Source of the DNA: Dendrobates tinctorius
Lineage: Eukaryota
Direction of reading: 5' to 3'
Assembly: GCF_039654945.1 (NCBI RefSeq)
Contig: NW_027361924.1
Span: forward strand, 4,526,001-4,590,000
DNA: 64,000 nt
Shown here piece after piece: positions 1 through 11,400 of the stretch. Position 1 is the stretch's first letter. The number at the start of each line of letters is the position of its first letter. Below the pieces are notes generated by a model. It was given only the letters and a program-made list of their open reading frames with translations. It was not told the origin of the DNA and did no database searches. Both the position numbers and the translations under genes were made by a program.

Positions 1-250
1 CATAGGCGGCCTTATCAATAAATGTATTAGTCAGAGCAGCTTGTACCTGTTCACACTTGTTTCTTTCTGGTCAGTTTTAGTATTTTTGCAATTTAACAAA
101 AAAGCTCATTTTAGGGTCTATAGTAAGATTGTGACATGACTGGGAGTCTGCACGGGACGGGGACAGCACTATGATGTCATGAATGATGAGGGGGCTGGAC
201 AGGGTAACATCAAGCCACTCCCATAATTAGGTTTATTATTTGGGGAGTAC

Positions 251-370
251 CTTGTGTGCATCCAGCTCTTGCTGATGCTTGTCCTCTTTCTCTTGCTTCA
301 CCCTCTCCAGAGTCTCATTCTGATTCAGCTCCTCGATAGAATACTGGTACTTCACGTTAGCAATGTCCCT
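251..370 (-). CDS. DRC3: DRC3 coding exon 5 (start of coiled coil)
   Basis: ccatag|AGG ... AAG|gtactc; 120 nt, [40 protein letters not shown]. Confidence 0.9.
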
Positions 371-3300
371 CTATGGTACAAAAAGGAGGCTTTAAGGGGG
401 TTGTCCACTACGATTATATTGATGGCCTAACCTTAGGATAGGTCATCAATATCAGACTGGCGAGGATGCAACACTCTGCTCCCCTGCCGGTCGGATGGGA
501 TCAGTTGCACAGAACAAATCTGTCAACTGTATAGTGGCTGTAGCCACTACTCCCATGCGTAAGAATAGGTGCATTTGTGCAGTACTTGACAACTATAATG
601 TTGACGGATCTGCACCATGCGCAGATCCGAAACTGATCTCATGCAACTGGCAGGGCTACCAAGTGCTGCATCCTCGCCGATCTGATAATGATGACCTATC
701 CTAAGATTAGGCCATCAATATATATAAACTGAAAAACCCCTTTAAATTAAAGGCTCTGTGCCACTGCCACATTTATATTTCAATAATGTAGATTTATGCA
801 TTTACTTACTTTATCAATTGACACCTATTAAAAAATGTTTTATTACGAAGACCTGTTATCCTAATGATAGAGCCCCCCATATGATGGCCTTTGTGCATCC
901 ATGAAAAAAACCTTCAATGGTGGCGTGCGCGGTCACACCTCAGTCTCTTTCTATTCTTTGCTGTGGGAAGTAATCCACAGTGAAGCCAGATCTTGAGGAC
1001 TCGGACAGCTCTATGCAAGTGCGGTGATAGATTTGCATGGAACAGAGCTTAGAGTTGGGACCCCCTTTACTACGGTCCTCGGCTATGGTAATACTGCAGA
1101 GAAAAGAACAATGTACATACTATGTTCTCGTCTACAAGTCGGAAGTCCAGGTACACCAGGTCAGGCAGATGAGCCGCCAGGAATAATTTATAATGTTCAT
1201 CTTCTGACAGTGGATTTCCAGATAGATTCAGGGTCCTGAGATGCTTGAATCTGCGGAGGTAGATGAGCTGGAGGCAAGGAAATAACATGGTGTCATGTGA
1301 AGATGTCAGGAGTTTTATGCATCCCTCATAACATCATTAGTCATATAGAGAGTAAAAGGGGCTGCACGGGGGAGAAAAATGTGCCTGCTTTCTTCTTAAA
1401 CAGAACCACCCTGTCCACAGGTTGTGTCAGGTACTGCAGCTTGGCTACAGTCACTTCAATACAGCTCAGACACAAAACATGGACAGGTGCGGTGCCGATT
1501 TTTAAGACTGGATTCAGATATCTGTGTGTTTCATGGTCAGAGTACGGCCCACAGTGTGAGGACTGGCAACAGGTTACCTGACCGGGATTTGACAGCCTTA
1601 AATATGCTGCATCCGTTCTGTGTAATGCTGGTTGTTCTCAGACCATGATATACAGACATCTGAATTTGGCCTTAGAAATCAGCCATATTGCTCTGGCCCC
1701 GAAAACTCCCTTTAAGTTTAAAAAGAGTTAAATTATTCCATAACAAATTAATAGACTTTCTAGGGAGCTATGCGAGATGCACATGATATATGACAAATGT
1801 ATGGGGTCTAACTGCTGAGACCCCAGTTATCATGACAGAGCGACAGTTCACGTGACCACTGCTCCAGTCACTGCCTAGCAGTCGTGGTCGCACATGGGAA
1901 TTTGGGATCCTCATTGGGGCCGTCAGACCTCAGCGATCCTACATTTATATATCCATCTAGGGAATAGGTCATAAATGAATGATTGCAGTGCATACCCCAC
2001 CCCTCCGAACCCTGTGTCCAGCCTTACGTTTTCCAGTGAGGTCAGGTTGTTGTTCCCTATGGACAGGACCTGCAGATTCTTCAGACTGTCCATGTTCTCC
2101 AGGGCTGAGATGCGGTTGTTGTACAGACTCAGATCCTCCAGCTTGGGGAGAGCGCTCAGACCTTCAATCATCTCAATGTTGTTGAAAGACATGTCTGTAA
2201 GATGTCACAACACGATTGGTTATTTTTCCGATTTTCCTATGATATGCCATCACTCGGTCATCCGAGAGTGAAGGGCGTGCAGCCGCTCAGTTGTACGGAG
2301 AACTGAAGCCCGCCATATTGGGTAGAATAGGAATAGTGGTAGTTCCCTGAACAGTCAAGAGTGCCTCTGTGCAGGAACAAATGAATGGAGGATACAGACT
2401 TACAAGAGAGCAACATTCTCATGATCTGCAAGTTTCCCAGCGATAACGTTAATACAGAGGAATTGTATGAAAGCAGTTTACTCACCGAGCCAAACTAAAT
2501 GCACCAACGTGTCCAGTCCCTGGATCTTCTCAATGATGTTGTTGTCCAGCTGTAGTTTGGTCAGATTGTGGAACTGCCACAGATTATCCACCTTCAGGAT
2601 GTCTGAAACAATTAAACCAATGTATACCCATCTGTCACATCATGCAGCATGGACCTCCATCATCACATCAGTGGGGGTCCTGGCCACCTCAGGGGATTAT
2701 TCCAGTGTCACAAGTCACTTTGGAACAGCAATTTTATTAAGTAAACCTCCCTAATTGTTCCCTGAGTGATAGCTATGATGAAACAACAGCGTTCTATGAA
2801 ATGGGAGCTCTGATCCTTCGTTCTGTCTCACTATTGTTGAGACTGAATAGAGCAGAGGTCGAACACCAGGACTATAGGACTGATGGAGAAAGCCTAGCAC
2901 AGCACCCCATCATATATACATTACATGGCATCGTGCATGCGTGATTGCCATGTCATACAATCCTGATGGCAGTGAGATGGAACACGGCTAAGAACCCAAA
3001 TGATCACTGGACTCCCGAGAGATAATACATTTATCACCTACTCTATAGTTAGATAAAGGCCTCTGTGTCTGCGATTGGAGGTAGAGGTGCTACTGACTTT
3101 CTCATGGCAGCCAGAGGGACTCAGTGAAATCCCCTGCGTCTGCCATATTTGAGATCAGTAATTTACAATACTCTGCAATATTACATTATTATTGTAGTGT
3201 ATAGTGCAAGTTACCTAAGAAAAATAATAAAAAGTGTAAAAAGAAATTATATATATGCATAAATATATGTAATGTATATATAAAATAAAAAGCTGGAAAT

Positions 3301-3801
3301 GAAAGCTCATACAGTGAACATGGAAATAAAAAAAAATAGAATAAATTAAATCAATCAATAAATAAAAAATGCTGTTTTATCATCACTTCTCCTTACAAAA
3401 AAATGGAAAATAAAGAGATCAGAAAGTCGTACAGAGGAAAAAACGGTGAAAGTAAATCTGCAGCTTGTACCGCAGAGAACGAGCCGCGAGACGACTGTAT
3501 GGATTGGAAGAAAAAAAGTTCTAGCTCTTGGAGGTCGAGGAGGAAAACTGTGAAAGTGACATGGAGCCCCCCCTCCAGGACCCTGACACCCGAGGGTGAC
3601 GTAACCCCGGAGCGGGTCCTGGCCCGCGGTTCCGCAGACGCTTTTCTCACTCTTGAAATCGAGGCGTAAGCTGGTGACGTCCTGGAAGCTGACGCCCTCC
3701 ATCTTGGCGATGCGGCCGGCCTCCCCTCGCGGACCCTGCTCCTCCACGGCGTCTCTCAGCATCCCGTCGTCGATCACATTCGGCTCCGCCGTGTCGTACA
3801 T
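251..3801 (-). CDS. DRC3: Dynein regulatory complex subunit 3 (LRRC48), 5' part; coding exons 3801-3651, 2602-2486, 2194-2028, 1267-1121, 370-251; continues beyond left edge
   Basis: Spliced translation [36 protein letters not shown]...LRLDFK|[27 protein letters not shown]...|[13 protein letters not shown]...|[19 protein letters not shown]...|[15 protein letters not shown] matches the DRC3 N-terminal LRR region. All introns are GT-AG with consistent phases. Head-to-head with TOM1L2 as in mammals. Confidence 0.95.
396..741. mobile_element. TTAA-flanked MITE (T2/Kolobok-like)
   Basis: TTAA on both sides; imperfect terminal inverted repeats and inverted subterminal blocks (gatggcctaaccttaggataggtcatca / tgatgacctatcctaagattaggccatc). 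Confidence 0.7.
1121..1267 (-). CDS. DRC3: DRC3 coding exon 4 (LRR / LRR cap)
   Basis: ctccag|CTC ... ATA|gtatgt; [46 protein letters not shown]. Confidence 0.95.
2028..2194 (-). CDS. DRC3: DRC3 coding exon 3 (LRR)
   Basis: ttacag|AC ... AAC|gtaagg; [29 protein letters not shown]. Confidence 0.95.
2486..2602 (-). CDS. DRC3: DRC3 coding exon 2 (LRR)
   Basis: ttcag|AC ... CTCG|gtgagt; [39 protein letters not shown]. Confidence 0.95.
3651..3801 (-). CDS. DRC3: DRC3 first coding exon (exon extends to acceptor at 3824)
   Basis: GCCATG start, tttttag acceptor at 3825, AAGA|gtgag donor. Confidence 0.92.
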
Positions 3802-4127
3802 GGCACTCGCTTTCTGCTTCTTTCCTAAAAATGAAAAAAAAAATTATTTCTTCACCTTTGTCTTCAGATATCTGTATATTCACTGACAGCAAGCAGAGAT
3901 AGAGGCGAAAAACGACAAGAAACCAAAATAAAAGGTATAAGACAGAGAACGGTGTACTACACCACAGGGAGGAGTCGCTGGTGCTTGTAGTTCCACAGCT
4001 GACTATTCCTAAAGAACCCGCTGTACAATGACAACGCATAGGATTCTCTTTATGCTTCAGTGCAATTAAAAAAAAAACAAAAAAAAACAATAAATAAACT
4101 GAAAGGCACAAAAGTGCCATTATTTAC

Positions 4128-4659
4128 CTGTCAGATCTGCAAAAGGTGCAGTGTTTGGATGGTTACTAAGGGAAACGGGGCACGTGATCCACATGGACCA
4201 ATAAACAAGCATAGACTTAAATAAACACGGGGACAAATAAAGTTTTGTCATTCAAATTGTGATTAGCCAATAGAAATTGGTTTTTGAAAAAAATGAAGTC
4301 ACGAGAAGGTGGGTCTTCTTAATGAACAAGCAATGTCATGGGCCATTGGCCAATCAGAATCAAGGGGCGGGTGTTGGTCCTGTCATCTTCATCGGAAGCG
4401 GGAGACAAGGAAAAGAACTCATTTCTGATTGGTCGAGGAGTCAGTATGTCAAATTAAATGACAGGACAACTATCGAATCAGATGTCGATGACGGTTATTT
4501 TTTTTTAGAAAAATGGGTAGAGTCTTATATTGATTGACAGAAGAAGAGACCAATGGTTGTAGATATGCAGTAAATGCATCCAATGGTCACAGGGAGCAGG
4601 CGGGACCTTGGCTTGTCTGTGGGAACCATTGCAGAGGCCGGCTGTTTGTTGTCATCAAG
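4128..4659. promoter_or_regulatory. Bidirectional promoter shared by DRC3 and TOM1L2
   Basis: Lies between the divergent starts. Minus-strand donor CAG|gtaaat at 4128 suggests a DRC3 5'UTR exon. X-box-like GTTACTAAGGGAAAC (4162-4176), E-box CACGTG (4181), TAAACA forkhead motifs (4202, 4222), about six CCAAT/ATTGG boxes and a GC box near 4363. Confidence 0.75.
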
Positions 4660-4711
4660 ATGGAGTTTCTACTGGGGAACCCGTACAGCACCCCGGTGGG
4701 CCAGTGTGTCG
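4660..4711 (+). CDS. TOM1L2: TOM1L2 exon 1
   Basis: AAGATGG start, [18 protein letters not shown]|gtaaga donor. Confidence 0.95.
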
Positions 4712-7700
4712 GTAAGAGGCCCGCGGGCCGGACCGTGTCTTCTACCGTCCATCTATAGAGTACAGGGCCTCCATGTACACACACAGCCCGTATATATACA
4801 CAGAGCCCGCATACACAGCCTGCATATACACACAGCCTGCATATACACACAGCCCGTATATACACAGAACGTGTATACACAGAGCCCGTATACACAGCAA
4901 GTATATACACACAGCCCGTATATATACACAGAGCCCGTATATATACACAGAGCCCGCATACACAGCCCGTATATACACAGCCTGCATATACACAGAGCCC
5001 GTATATACACAGCCCGTATATACACAGAACCCGTATACACAGCAAGTATATACACACAGCCCGTATATACACAGCCCGTATATACACAGCCCGTATATAC
5101 ACAGAGCCCATATACACAGCAAGTATATACACACAGCCCGTATATACACAGCCCGTATATACACAGCCCGTATATACACAGAACGTGTATACACAGAGCC
5201 CGTATACACAGCAAGTATATACACACAGCCCGTATATACACAGCCCGTATATACACAGCCCGTATATACACAGAGCCCATATACACAGCAAGTATATACA
5301 CACAGCCCGTATATACACAGCCCGTATATACACAGAACGTGTATACACAGAGCCCGCATACACAGCCTGCATATACACACAGCCTGCATATACACAGAGC
5401 CCGTATATACACAGAACGTGTATACACAGAACCCGTATACACAGCCCGTATATACACACAGCCCGTATATACACACAGCCCGTATATACACACAGCCCGT
5501 ATATACACAGCCCGTATATACACAAAGCCCATATACACAGCAAGTATATACACACAGCCCGTATATACACAGCCCGTATATACACAGCCCGTATATACAC
5601 AGAACGTGTATACACAGAGCCCGCATACACAGCCTGCATATACACACAGCCTGCATATACACAGAGCCCGTATATACAGAGCCCGTATATACACAGAACG
5701 TGTATACACAGAGCCCGTATACACAGCGCGTATATACACACAGCGCGTATACACACAGCCCGTATACACACAGCCCGTATACACACAGCCCGTATATACA
5801 CAGCCCGTATATACACAGAACGTGTATACAGACAGCCCATATACATACACAGAGCCCGTATACACAGCGCGTATATACACACAGCCTGCATATACACACA
5901 GCGCGTATACACAGAGCCCGTATATACAGAGCCCGTATACACAGCAAGTATATACACACAGCCCGTATACACACAGCCCGTATGTATACACAGAGCCCGC
6001 ATACACAGCCTGCATATACACACAGCCCGTATGTATACACAGAGCCCGTATATACAGAGCCCGTATATACACAGAACGTGTATACACAGAGCCCGTATAC
6101 ACAGCGCGTATATACACAGCGCGTATATACACAGCCCGTATATACACAGCCCGTATATACACAGCCCGTATATACACAGAACGTGTATACAGACAGCCCA
6201 TATACATACACAGAGCCCGTATACACAGCGCGTATATACACACAGCCTGCATATACACACAGCGCGTATACACAGAGCCCGTATATACAGAGCCCGTATA
6301 CACAGCAAGTATATACACACAGCCCGTATACACACAGCCCGTATGTATACACAGAGCCCGCATACACAGCCTGCATATACACACAGCCCGTATGTATACA
6401 CAGAGCCCGCATACACAGCCTGCATATACACACAGCCTGCATATACACAGAGCCCGTATATACACAGCCCGTATATACACAGAACGTGTATACACAGAGC
6501 CCGTATACACAGCAAGTATATACACACAGCGCGTATACACACAGCCCGTATGTATACACAGAGCCCGCATACACAGCCTGCATATACACACAGCCTGCAT
6601 ATACACAGAGCCCGTATATACACAGCCCGTATATACACAGAACGTGTATACACAGAGCCCGTATACACAGCAAGTATATACACACAGCGCGTATACACAC
6701 AGCCCGTATACACACAGCCCGTATGTATACACAGAGCCGCATACACACCAGGGCTGTGGAGTCGGTAAGCCAAACCTGTGACTCCGACTCCTCAATTTCC
6801 CTTACACCGACTCCGACTCCGACTCCACGACTCCCACTCCCACACATATTGCTTATATTTAAGTGAAAAATTTATTGTAGTACAATGTGAACATCAGACA
6901 TTTAATCATTTTTATGATCCAATAATCAAGATATTTAGATAGAACAGAATATATATTGGTGTACTACCCGGTTTTCATTCTTTTTGGTACAGATACGATA
7001 TGGATAGACAGATATGGATAAATGGATAGATAGAGCTGAAAAACGTATCCTCAAAAAACACAGGAAAAACGCTGTGTGTGAATGTAGCCTTAGATCAGGA
7101 ATATAACAGCCATTTATAGGACATTTCATAACTTTCCCAAATTCCTATGAAAAAATATTCAGCACATCCTGCATTGAATTACTGTACCCAATTTATTATA
7201 TATTTTAGGAGTCGGTCCATTTTATACCAACTCCGACTCCGACTCCACCAAAATGAGCTCCGACTCCGACTCCGACTCCACAGCCCTGATACACACGCAG
7301 CCCATATAAACACAGACAGCCCGTATACACACGCACAGAGCCCGTATACAGGCAGCCCATATACGCACACAGAGCGTGTATACACACACAGAGCCCATAT
7401 ACAGACAGCCCGTATACACACACAGCCCGCATACATAGAGCCCGTATACACACACAGGCCACAGCCCGTATACAGACAGCCCATATACATACACAGAGCC
7501 CGTATACACAGCCCGTATATACACACAGAGCCCGTATACACAGCAAGTATATACACAGAGCCGCATACACACACACAGAGCCCGTATATACAGCAAGTAT
7601 ATACACAGCCCATATATATACACACAGCCCGTATGTATACACAGCCCGTATATACACAGAACGTGTATACAGACAGCCCATATACATACACAGAGCCCGT

Positions 7701-8427
7701 ATACACAGCAAGTATATACACACAGCGCGTATACACACACAGCCCGTATATACACACAGAGCCCATATACACAGCAAGTATATACACAGAGCCGCATACA
7801 CACACAGAGCCCGTATATACAGCAAGTATATACACAGCCCATATATATACACACAGCCCGTATGTATACACAGAGCCGCATACACACGCAGCCCATATAA
7901 ACACAGACAGCCCGTATACACACGCACAGAGCCCGTATACAGGCAGCCCGTATACACACACAGAGCCCATATACAGACAGCCCGTATACACACACAGCCC
8001 GCATACATAGAGCCCGTATACACACACAGGCCACAGCCCGTATACACACAGCCCGCATACATAGAGCCCGTATACACACACAGGCCACAGCCCGTATACA
8101 GACAGCCCATATACACACGCAGAGCGTGTATACGCACACAGCCCGTATATACAGACAGCCCGTATATACACAGCTCATATATACAGACAGTCCGTATATA
8201 CACACACAGCCCATATATAGTGCTGTATATCTGAATCCCCCATGTACTCGCTATACTCTATATACAGTGCTGTATACCCGTATATACATACAGCCCATAT
8301 ACACAGAGCACAAATACAGACGGCCTGTATATACACAGTCAGGGCCGTATATATAGTGCTGTATACCTGAATCCCCCCATATACTCCTCTATATACAGTG
8401 CTGTATACCCGTATATACACAGAGCCC

Positions 8428-8460
<33 letters not shown>

Positions 8461-11400
8461 GCCCATATATACACAGAGCCTGTATAGACACACTGCCTAT
8501 ACACAGATAGCCCTATATACACACAGCCCATATATAGATAGCCCTATATACACACACAGCCGTATATATAGTGCTGTATACCTGAATCCCCCATGTACTC
8601 TCTATACTCCTCTATATACAGTGCTTTATACCCCATATACTAACCATACTCCTCTATATACAGTCCCGTATACCCCATATACTCACTATACTCCTCTATA
8701 TACAGTCCTGTATACCCCATATACTCACTATACTTCTATATACAGTCCTGTATACCCCATGTACTCACTATACTCCTCTATATACAGTCCTGTATACCCC
8801 ATATACTCACTATACCCCTCTATATACAGTCCTGTATACCCCATATACTCACTATACCCCTCTATATACAGTCCTGTATACCCCATATACTCACTATACT
8901 CCTCTATATACAGTCCTGTATACCCCATATACTCACTATACTTCTATATACAGTCCTGTATACCCCATGTACTCACTATACTCCTCTATATACAGTCCTG
9001 TATACCCCATATACTCACTGTACTCCTCTATATACAGTCCTGTATACCCCATATACTCATTATACTCCTCTATATACAGTCCTGTATACCCCATACACAC
9101 TATACTCCTCTATATACAGTGATGTATACACATATACTCACTATACTCTTCTATATACAGTGCTGTATACCCCATATACTCACTATACTCCTCTATATAC
9201 AGTCCTGTATACCCCATACACTCACTATACCCCTCTATATACAGTGCTGTATACCCCATATACTCACTATACCCCTCTATATACAGTCCTGTATACCCCA
9301 TATACTCACTATACTCCTCTATATACAGTCCTGTATACCCCATATACTCACTATACCCCTCTATATACAGTCGTGCATACCCCATAAACTCACTATACTC
9401 CTATATACAGTGCTGTATCCCCCATATACTCACTATACTCCTATATAACGTCCTGTATACCCCTTATACTCACTATACTCCTCTATATACAGTCCTGTAT
9501 ACCCCATGTACTCACTATACTCCTCTATATACAGTCCTGTATACCCCATGTACTCACTATACTCTTCTATATACAGTCCTGTATACCCCATATACTCACT
9601 ATACACAGTCCTGTATACCCCATATACTCACTATACTCTTCTATATACAGTCCTGTATACCCCATATACTCACTATATACAGTCCTATATACCCCATATA
9701 CTCACTATACTCCTCTATATACAGTGCTGTATACCCCCATGTACTCTCTATACCCCTCTATATACAGTGCTGTATACCCCAATGTACTCACTATACACCT
9801 CTATATACAGTGCTGTATCCCCCATATACTCACTATACTCCTATATACAGTGCTGTATCCCCCATATACTCACTATACTCCTCTATATACAGTGCTGTAT
9901 ACCCCATATACTCTCTGTACCCCTATATAGTGCTGTATACCCCATATACTCACTATACACCTCTATATACAGTGCTGTATCCCCATATACTCACTATACA
10001 CCTCTATATACAGTGCTGTATCCCCATATACTCACTATACACCTCTATATACAGTGCTGTCCATTACCTCATAGATTCTGTCACTGATAGCTGTGAGTTT
10101 GGACATTTCTCAAAAATTTTTTTTGCTTTTATGCAAAACGTTTGTCAGGAAAAAGAAGTGGCCGAGTGATTGTGACTGTGGTATATAAGGGCTACGTGTA
10201 TAATAATAATAGTAATTATCAGGGCGAAATGTCAGGAGGCCGCCATTTACCCGGGCGTGGTGTAGAGGTGCGGCCCCGGGCCAGAGCATGATGGTAATTC
10301 CAGGTAGATGACACAATTTCCTGAATTTCTTCCCGTTTACCTCTGGTGGGCCCGAAGGTAATACACAGATGATTTTTAAGGTGAACTTCGTCTTTAACAC
10401 TCCATTGACCGGTTGCATCCCCTCCATTAGGCTGTGCTCAGTATTTGGTCAGTATTTGACCTCAGTATTCGTAGCCAAAACCGGGAGAGGAACAATCAGG
10501 GGAAAAGTACAATAGAGACGCGTCACCACTTCTGGATTATCACCCACTCCTGGGTTTGGCTTCCGAATACTGAGGTAAAGTGCTGACCGAATACTGAGGT
10601 AAAATGCTGACCGAATACTGAGGTAAAATGCTGACCGAATACGGAGGTAAAATGCTGACCGAATACGGAGGTAAAATGCTGACCGAATACGGAGGTAAAA
10701 TGCTGACCGAATACGGAGGTAAAATGCTGACCGAATACGGAGGTAAAATGCTGACCGAATACGGAGGTAAAATGCTGACCGAATACGGAGGTAAAATGCT
10801 GACCGAATACGGAGGTAAAATGCTGACCGAATACGGAGGTAAAATGCTGACCGAATACGGAGGTAAAATGCTGACCGAATACGGAGGTAAAATGCTGACC
10901 GAATACGGAGGTAAAATGCTGACCGAATACGGAGGTAAAATGCTGACCGAATACTGAGGTAAAATGCTGACCGAATACCGTACTTGTACATTTAAAGGGC
11001 TTGTATCGCTTATTAGTCATCCTCAGGGCATAATGTGAGAGAACTGCGAATCTTCAGGACCGTTCTCACTGCAGAAACTTCAATTATGAAATTGTTTACG
11101 GTCCAATGTCACCGGTTTCCCTTTTACTTCCGCGTTGCATGCGGATTTTGGGCCGTTTTACCCATTTAACTTCTTCGTTACATGCAGATTTTTCCGTGTT
11201 ACATGCGGATCCTGTGGCAGATTTCTCCCTTTACTTCCATGTTACATGCAGATTTTGTGGTCGATTTCCTACTTTATTTCCGTGTTACATGCAGATTTAT
11301 TTTGCAGATTTCCTCCTTTTACTTCTGTGTTACATGCGGATTTTGGGCCATTTTCCCCCTTTACTTGTTATATGCAGATTTCCACCTTCCATGTTACATG

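Noticed and set aside
4574-10169. Long ORFs (up to 735 aa) in all frames
   Set aside because: Stop-free translations of minisatellites in TOM1L2 intron 1, open on both strands, with no domain content.
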